NCBI GenBank assembly: GCA_010093605.1 | Contig: MU004195.1 | Coordinates: forward strand, 868,001-932,000 | Direction: 5' to 3' | Length of the DNA stretch: 64,000 bases | Source: Lophium mytilinum | Lineage: Eukaryota | In this document: positions 57,857 through 64,000 of the stretch, in pieces | Position numbering within the stretch: the first letter of the stretch is position 1 | Layout of the letters: each line of letters begins with the position of its first letter | Translations under genes and position numbers: made by a program | Notes under the pieces: generated by a model | Database searches by the model: none | What the model was told of the DNA's origin: nothing | What the model saw: the letters and a program-made list of their open reading frames with translations, nothing else

Positions 57857-60126
57857 CTAATAGTTAGAGCGCATGCCAGGAATTTGGAAGCCAAAGCCTG
57901 GAACAGGGGGTGGGACACCAGTGACAGCCTCAAGTCTAGGCGATACACGTCGCGGTTCAGGGCGATCTGGCCTGCGATACCGGGGTGGTGGATTAGGCGG
58001 GTCGGCGACTCTTGGAGTAGCATTCACTCCTCCGAAGCCTCCACGTCGAGGTCCAGCCGTCTCGGGAACGATGCGACGGCTGATGGCTTCAAGATGTCAG
58101 TATTGGACTTCATAAGACAGCAAATGGCATACCTTTCGACGAAACTCCAGCGCCAATCTCGATGTCAGGCTCTTCGAAGACCATGCCTGGAGCAACTGGA
58201 ATACCACCAGTGCCGCCGTATTCCGCGGTCATGGCCCATTTGTGATCAGCCTCGGTCAGCCGATTGATTGGGATTATGCTGATTCCGGTATGGTAATCAG
58301 CGCAGTCACGTGGGCCGAAACCAACTCCCCATCGTGTCTAAGAGAAGGTAAGCCTACTGAAGTGTTAGCCGGGCAAAGAAGGCTCACCTGTCGGGCTTTT
58401 GCCGATATGCTAGGATCATGGGACTTTTCTGATCGCTCCATGCCCTCTCTAGCAGCAAGCGAATCTTGTCGGTTGATCATTTTGACAAATGCATGGCGCT
58501 TGTCATGATTGACGATGCAAGTCTGGACTTTACCAAACATACCAAAGATGTCCCGCAGCTCACGTTCCGTACCACTTGGCGCTCGTTAGTCTCCAAAGAA
58601 AATGCTTAACATGAAAGGGAAATTGAGTCCACTTACGTCGCCCCTCCTACAAATAGAGTTCGGCTAAGAACCCGGATGCAATCTATAGGCAGAGAATCGT
58701 CATGTTCGACAAACTTGGCTTGAATTCCACGAGAAGGACCTTGCGCCGTTGGGCTTGGCTGACGGCGCTGGCCTGGTGGACTACGTTGACGCTTACCCCG
58801 CCCGCGACTACGATCACTATTCTGCTGTCGGCCCCCGTTGTTAGCTTGGGTAACAGACGATGGATCGTATACGCCATATGTTGGACTATCTCGCCGTCGT
58901 GGAGGGCTTCCCCTCCTGTTTGATGGACTTACGCGGCGACGCGGTGGGGACTGGCTACGGTCACGATAGAGACCTTGTGGAACACTAGGCGCGTTCTGCC
59001 CGCCCGGTCTTAGGTCATGCGTTTGATTACCCGGATAGTCTTGTTGATGGCCATTGCCTTGACCATTCTGATAAGATCCCACGGCTTGAGTTGGAATAGA
59101 CGGCGGACCTGGTGCCGCAGTAGCAGAATTTTGCACCATCTCTAGGATCTGAGTAGCCTGCTCTGGTCGTATTGTGCCTTGCGTCACAGCCTGGAATAAC
59201 TGCATCATCAAATCACTAGGAACAGGCATACCCAGGGCTGTCTGTGCAACAGGAGCGGTAGAAGGATTGACCGCAGGCGCATAATAAGTAGCAGGCGCAG
59301 GAGGCGCATGTCCATTCGTGGCATACTGGGGCGATGGAGGCTGAGGAGGGGCTGCCGGGTTGAGGACATTGACTAGCGCAGCAAGAGCAGCATTCACATC
59401 AGGTCTCGTAGCAGCTAACAGGCCTGTTGTGGGCGCAGCTTGAGTTGAAATTGGCGCAGCGGATCCTAGGTTGTTGGTTGAGGTATCTCCCGGTGGCTTG
59501 TATGATTGCGCAACTAAAGGGGGATAAAGTTAGATTAGAACAGAGGAAATGCCAGCGTTACCGTGCGCATTGCGTTTCTTAGCGCCTTACCTGTTTTTGG
59601 TGTCTTCAACTGCTCCCTGAAGCTGGTAAGCATCTGAAGCGGAAAGGTCAGACTCTTCTCCCAAATATCAACTAATTTCGCGATCTTTTCCTTTTGATTG
59701 TCTGGCGCAGAGGCAATCAACGGCTCCATCATCAATGGAAGCGTGTCCGACATCCTCTGGACTCCATACGCATATGTTCCTTCGGTCGCATTGTGAGAGA
59801 GCCCTTGTCCAGACTTGCGAACCTTCTCCACCCATTGTCGGGTCACTGAATCTACAACATAGAGCACTCCAAGCTTGTGTGTGATGGGACTATTCTGGAA
59901 CTGGGTGTTGATCTTCTGCACGATGGTTGAGGCCGCCTGTAGTAGACCGCGGTTAGCCAGAGCTCTGAGCAAGGTACTATCGCGCAGGAAGTGCGCCGAG
60001 ACATACCCGAATGTTGTTGATGGAGAGTGAGGTGATGGCGTCAATCTTCGGCTTGGTTGCTCCCGGCGGTTTCAAGGTCTGTAGCGATTGCAACAACAAT
60101 TCAAGCTCCTCCATGGGCGACGGCAT
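57857..60126 (-). CDS. Nrd1/Seb1-like Pol II CTD-interacting (CID) and RRM protein, multi-exon
   Basis: ATG at 60126. CID motif HKLGVLYVVDSVTRQW; RRM motifs LSRTLFVGG, RHAFVKM, RWGVGFGPRDC and EEPDIEIGAGVSSKAISRR. Confidence 0.9.
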
Positions 60127-61523
60127 GGCTGCTGTAAGACTAGCAAAGGCAATTCCTGACTTTCTGTTGGCGTGCTGTAGTGAGAAGGTCTCTGAGAGGC
60201 AAGGAAATTTTGTCTGCTTTGATGGTGACGGCTAGAGTAAGCTCGGCTCGTTTCGTCTGAAAGAGCTGAAGCGGCTACGGAGACAATAGTCTCTATGAAA
60301 GTCAACTGCAGAAGGAAGAAGATCGGGGCAAACACATCGACCCTGCGGGCGCGAATACGACCGAGTCTCAATCTGAAGAGGAAAGGTCTAGGTTGTACGG
60401 TGTGACTGAGAGAGTTGGTGCGGATGATACTTGAGCCAAGGAAGATGGACCTAGGACAGCAAGAGGAAGTCCGCAAGCTGAGGAAAGCCCGAGCGTCACG
60501 AATTACAATACTGGTGAAGTGAAGCAGTCGCGACAGTCACGGCGCGGACTAGAGCTATTGAGAGTGAAATGCGAAAGAGGGTGTGGACGATGGCTCCTCA
60601 GGAGATGCTGTCGTGTCCGTCGAAGACAACTCGCGCCGCTGGAAAAGGTCCTAGATCGCGCCAAGCTGTGCTAGAGCTGAACGGGGTGCGCGCCGTGATT
60701 GGCCCGCCGTCACATCACGTTTTTGAGGCTGCAGCAAGCGCGGAGGCTACTTTTGCTAGCGCATGGGACGGAGCGTGCTTGCTGACTATAGAGGGGTCTG
60801 TTGTTGGCAGAGGTTCCAATGTGCGGTTCGTTAGGTGCAGGTTCACGCTATGCGCAGATTTTAGGGAACATCATGCATCAAAGACAATACTCAATTGGCC
60901 AACCAACAGTTCTTCCAAGAGCATCAAAGAACACCATTCAGCTACCTTCCACAGTTCTGTAGAGATATTCTATCAAGCTAAGCACCAGGGGTCACCCCAT
61001 CGCATTCACAGAGTCTGCCAAGCTGGTGCCGCGTGACTGTTACTATGTGGTGGACAAAACTTTGCCATAGTCCTTCCATCCGACGTGTGCTGTCCAATAG
61101 CATCAGCTGTTTGGATTCCGCGTGGTCAGTAACCGACTCTACCTCGGGATGCTCTCCTGGGATGGAAGAGCTTTGTTAGTAGTAGGTAGTAGAATAGGTG
61201 GTGGTATCTCAACTCTGGCAGGACAGAAATATATGTGAGATCAGACTTGGGCGCAGTTCGTGCACCGAACCTCACGATAATATCACTCTCACTGGCCGGG
61301 CCGAGACATTCACACTGCTGCAGGCGTTGGAGACCCGCGTCATAACCCGACGTTGCCGACGTCAACAAGTCCGGCGGCGCAAAGGCGGGACCAGGATTGT
61401 TCGTGGCCGATCCTCAACACGGGAGAGCTGGGACCGACTTTCTTTTTCTCTCCACTCTACCGTTCTTACACCCTCTCCTCTCCCTCACCACCCGCAAACT
61501 ACTCCTCCTCCACTACATCAGCC

Positions 61524-63327
61524 ATGGCCTCCGCCCTGCGATTGTCCTCCACTGCTTTCCGCTCGTCATTGACCGCGTCGGCCTCTGCTCCCTGGAGATC
61601 CGCCGCTGCCTTCAATGGCCTTCGCAATTATTCCACAAGCAAATCGGCGGTGAGTTTTCTCCAGATCACATTTCTCTTCTTCATTTTGAGGCTAATTGCG
61701 TGTTCTGCAGTCCCTAAAGGAAACCTTCGCCGCGAAGCTGCCAGAAGAAATCGAGAAGATCAAGAAACTCCGCAAGTAAGAATTGCAACACTCCCGGCAC
61801 ATCCGCGGCGTCCCACTAATTTTCACGATAGGGAGCATGGCAACACAGTGATCGGAGAGGTCACCCTCGACCAGGTCTATGGCGGTGCTCGTGGCATCAA
61901 ATCGCTTGTTTGGGAGGTCTGTTGCCGCTTGCATGTGCTGAAGTTAACGGGGAAAGATAAGCTTACAATTAGTAGGGATCTGTTCTAGATTCTGAGGAGG
62001 GCATCCGATTCCGTGGCAAGACTGTCAGTCACCCCCAAAATCTCTTGAAGTTTGGAGGAACTGACTAGACGCAGATTCCAGAATGCCAGGAAGTCCTGCC
62101 AAAGGCCCCAGGTGGCTCCGAGCCGCTGCCAGAAGGTACAAAGAATTGAGTGCTTCCACGCGCATTACTAATAATTCCAGGTCTCTTCTGGCTTCTTTTG
62201 ACTGGCGAGGTACCATCTGAGCAACAGGTCCGCGATCTATCTGCTGAGTGGGCTGCCCGCTCCGCTGTCCCCAAGTTCATTGAGGAAATAATCGACCGCT
62301 GCCCGAGCGACCTCCACCCAATGGCCCAGTTCTCTCTGGCCGTCACTGCCCTCGAGCACGAGTCGTCGTTCGCCAAGGCATACGCAAAGGGCATGAAGAA
62401 GGCGGAATACTGGCAACACACCTTCGAGGATTCGATGGACTTGATTGCCAAGCTCCCCACCATCGCCGCGAAAATCTACCGCAACGTCTACAAGGATGGC
62501 AAGGTTGCGCCTGTCCAGAAAGACAAGGACTACGGCTACAACTTGGCGAACCAGCTCGGATTTGCTGAGAACAGCGACTTCGTTGAGCTGATGAGACTAT
62601 ACCTCACCATCCATTCCGACCACGAGGGCGGAAACGTCAGCGCGCATACCACTCACTTGGTTGGAAGCGCCCTCAGCTCGCCTATGCTGTCTCTCTCTGC
62701 TGGTCTAAACGGTCTCGCTGGTCCCCTCCATGGATTGTGAGTGTATTTTCGATATCGTGGTGGGAAATTCGCTAACGCTGTACAGGGCCAACCAGGAAGT
62801 GCTTAGCTGGTTAACCAAGATGAAGAAGGCCATTGGCAACGACCTTAGCGACCAAGCCATCACTGACTACCTCTGGTCCACCCTCAAGGCTGGTCAAGTC
62901 GTCCCAGGTTACGGCCACGCTGTGCTACGAAAGACCGACCCCCGCTACGTTTCCCAGCGCGAGTTTGCGCAGAAGCATCTTCCCGATGACCCAATGTTCA
63001 AGCTTGTCAGCCAGGTTTACAAGATTGCCCCCGGTGTGCTCACTGAGCACGGAAAGGTACGTTGCATTCCCGCAATTCCTCTGTCACATTGCTAATTCTT
63101 TGTCCTAGACCAAGAACCCATACCCCAACGTCGATGCCCACTCCGGTGTCCTCCTCCAGTATTATGGCCTTACTGAGCAGAACTTCTACACTGTCCTCTT
63201 CGGTGTCTCCCGCGCGATTGGTGTCCTTCCTCAACTCATCATTGACCGTGCCGTTGGTGCTCCCATCGAGCGACCCAAGTCGTTCAGCACCGAGGCGTAC
63301 GCAAAGTTGGTTGGCGCAACCCTATAA
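61524..63327 (+). CDS. CIT1: Mitochondrial citrate synthase, about 8 exons
   Basis: Mitochondrial presequence, [56 protein letters not shown] and [14 protein letters not shown] at 63325-63327. Confidence 0.97.
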
Positions 63328-63630
63328 GTCACTCCACGTATGGAGCGGAGCAGGTGCAGGAGGCATGTGGAGGTGGTTTAGACTGAAACGACTTCTGTGT
63401 ACCGATAGAATAGGGAGCATCCAGTATCCGGCAAGGACAGCAGGCATGCATGGCTTTTCTTACTGCCTTTGGTTTGGTTAGGGTGCAACTTGTAACATTA
63501 CCGTCGTTTAGCGGGTGCTTGAAATGTCTACTCTCCTCATGATACCATCTACCTCGCATGCACATTTATCGCTGTGAATTTGGCCTAAAAATGCAGGGAA
63601 TGGTTCTCCAATCAGAGAACAGCAGGACTA

Positions 63631-64000
63631 CTAAACGGATATCGCTGGCCGAGCAAGAACCCGATCGGGCTCTGTACCTGGATCGTGGGACGGTGACCGA
63701 AGTGGAACCCTGGATGGTCCCCAAAAAGCGACCTGCAGATCTAAGTGGCTCAGAAAAGGCGTGGGCGAATAGTGCATTGTCCGGCGGCGGTGTGAGAACC
63801 AGCCCGTGGGTGATGCGCGAGCTGAAATTCTTTGGGGACCCGAAGGAGTGAGAGCCTCAACAAATATTGGGAAATGGTTCGGGAGGTTTAGGGGCACAGG
63901 CGTGTTGGTGTAACTCCAGGGAGACAAATTCACAGCATTAGAAGTAGATAACTCTGTAGAAATTGAAGCCCGCCTTCGTGAGGGTGGAATCGCCGCGAAT
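63631..64000 (-). CDS. Possible 3' end of a gene running off the window
   Basis: A minus-strand frame is open from the window edge to TAG at 63631. No recognisable motif. Confidence 0.25.
   Translation of the reverse strand, partial: FAAIPPSRRRASISTELSTSNAVNLSPWSYTNTPVPLNLPNHFPIFVEALTPSGPQRISARASPTGWFSHRRRTMHYSPTPFLSHLDLQVAFWGPSRVPLRSPSHDPGTEPDRVLARPAISV

Overview
A gene-dense window from a filamentous ascomycete (Pezizomycotina; short GT-AG introns with CTRAC/CTAAT branch points, intron-containing tRNAs, RIP-like mutation). The species cannot be determined from the sequence. Both ends carry mostly core housekeeping genes: Pol III subunit RPC2/RET1, SF3B2/CUS1, an aldo-keto reductase, RNase H1, 6-phosphofructo-2-kinase, a CTL/PNS1-like transporter, a mitochondrial phosphate carrier, EMC7, CLPTM1, LOG, Nrd1/Seb1 and citrate synthase. 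The middle holds two intron-containing tRNA-Thr genes, a 685-bp non-autonomous DNA transposon (about 100-bp TIRs, 8-bp TSD, RIP-like decay), and a roughly 16-kb accessory-looking block. That block has three HET-domain genes (one carrying an inserted WW domain plus two C-terminal WW-like repeats), a tandem pair of atypical RING genes (one interrupted by in-frame TAG codons) and a DUF3176-like membrane protein. A smaller accessory patch at 25.5-28.4 kb holds an F-box-like protein with a Cys/His tail and a frameshifted, catalytically degenerate SET gene. All family assignments come from motif recognition by eye; no database searches were run.
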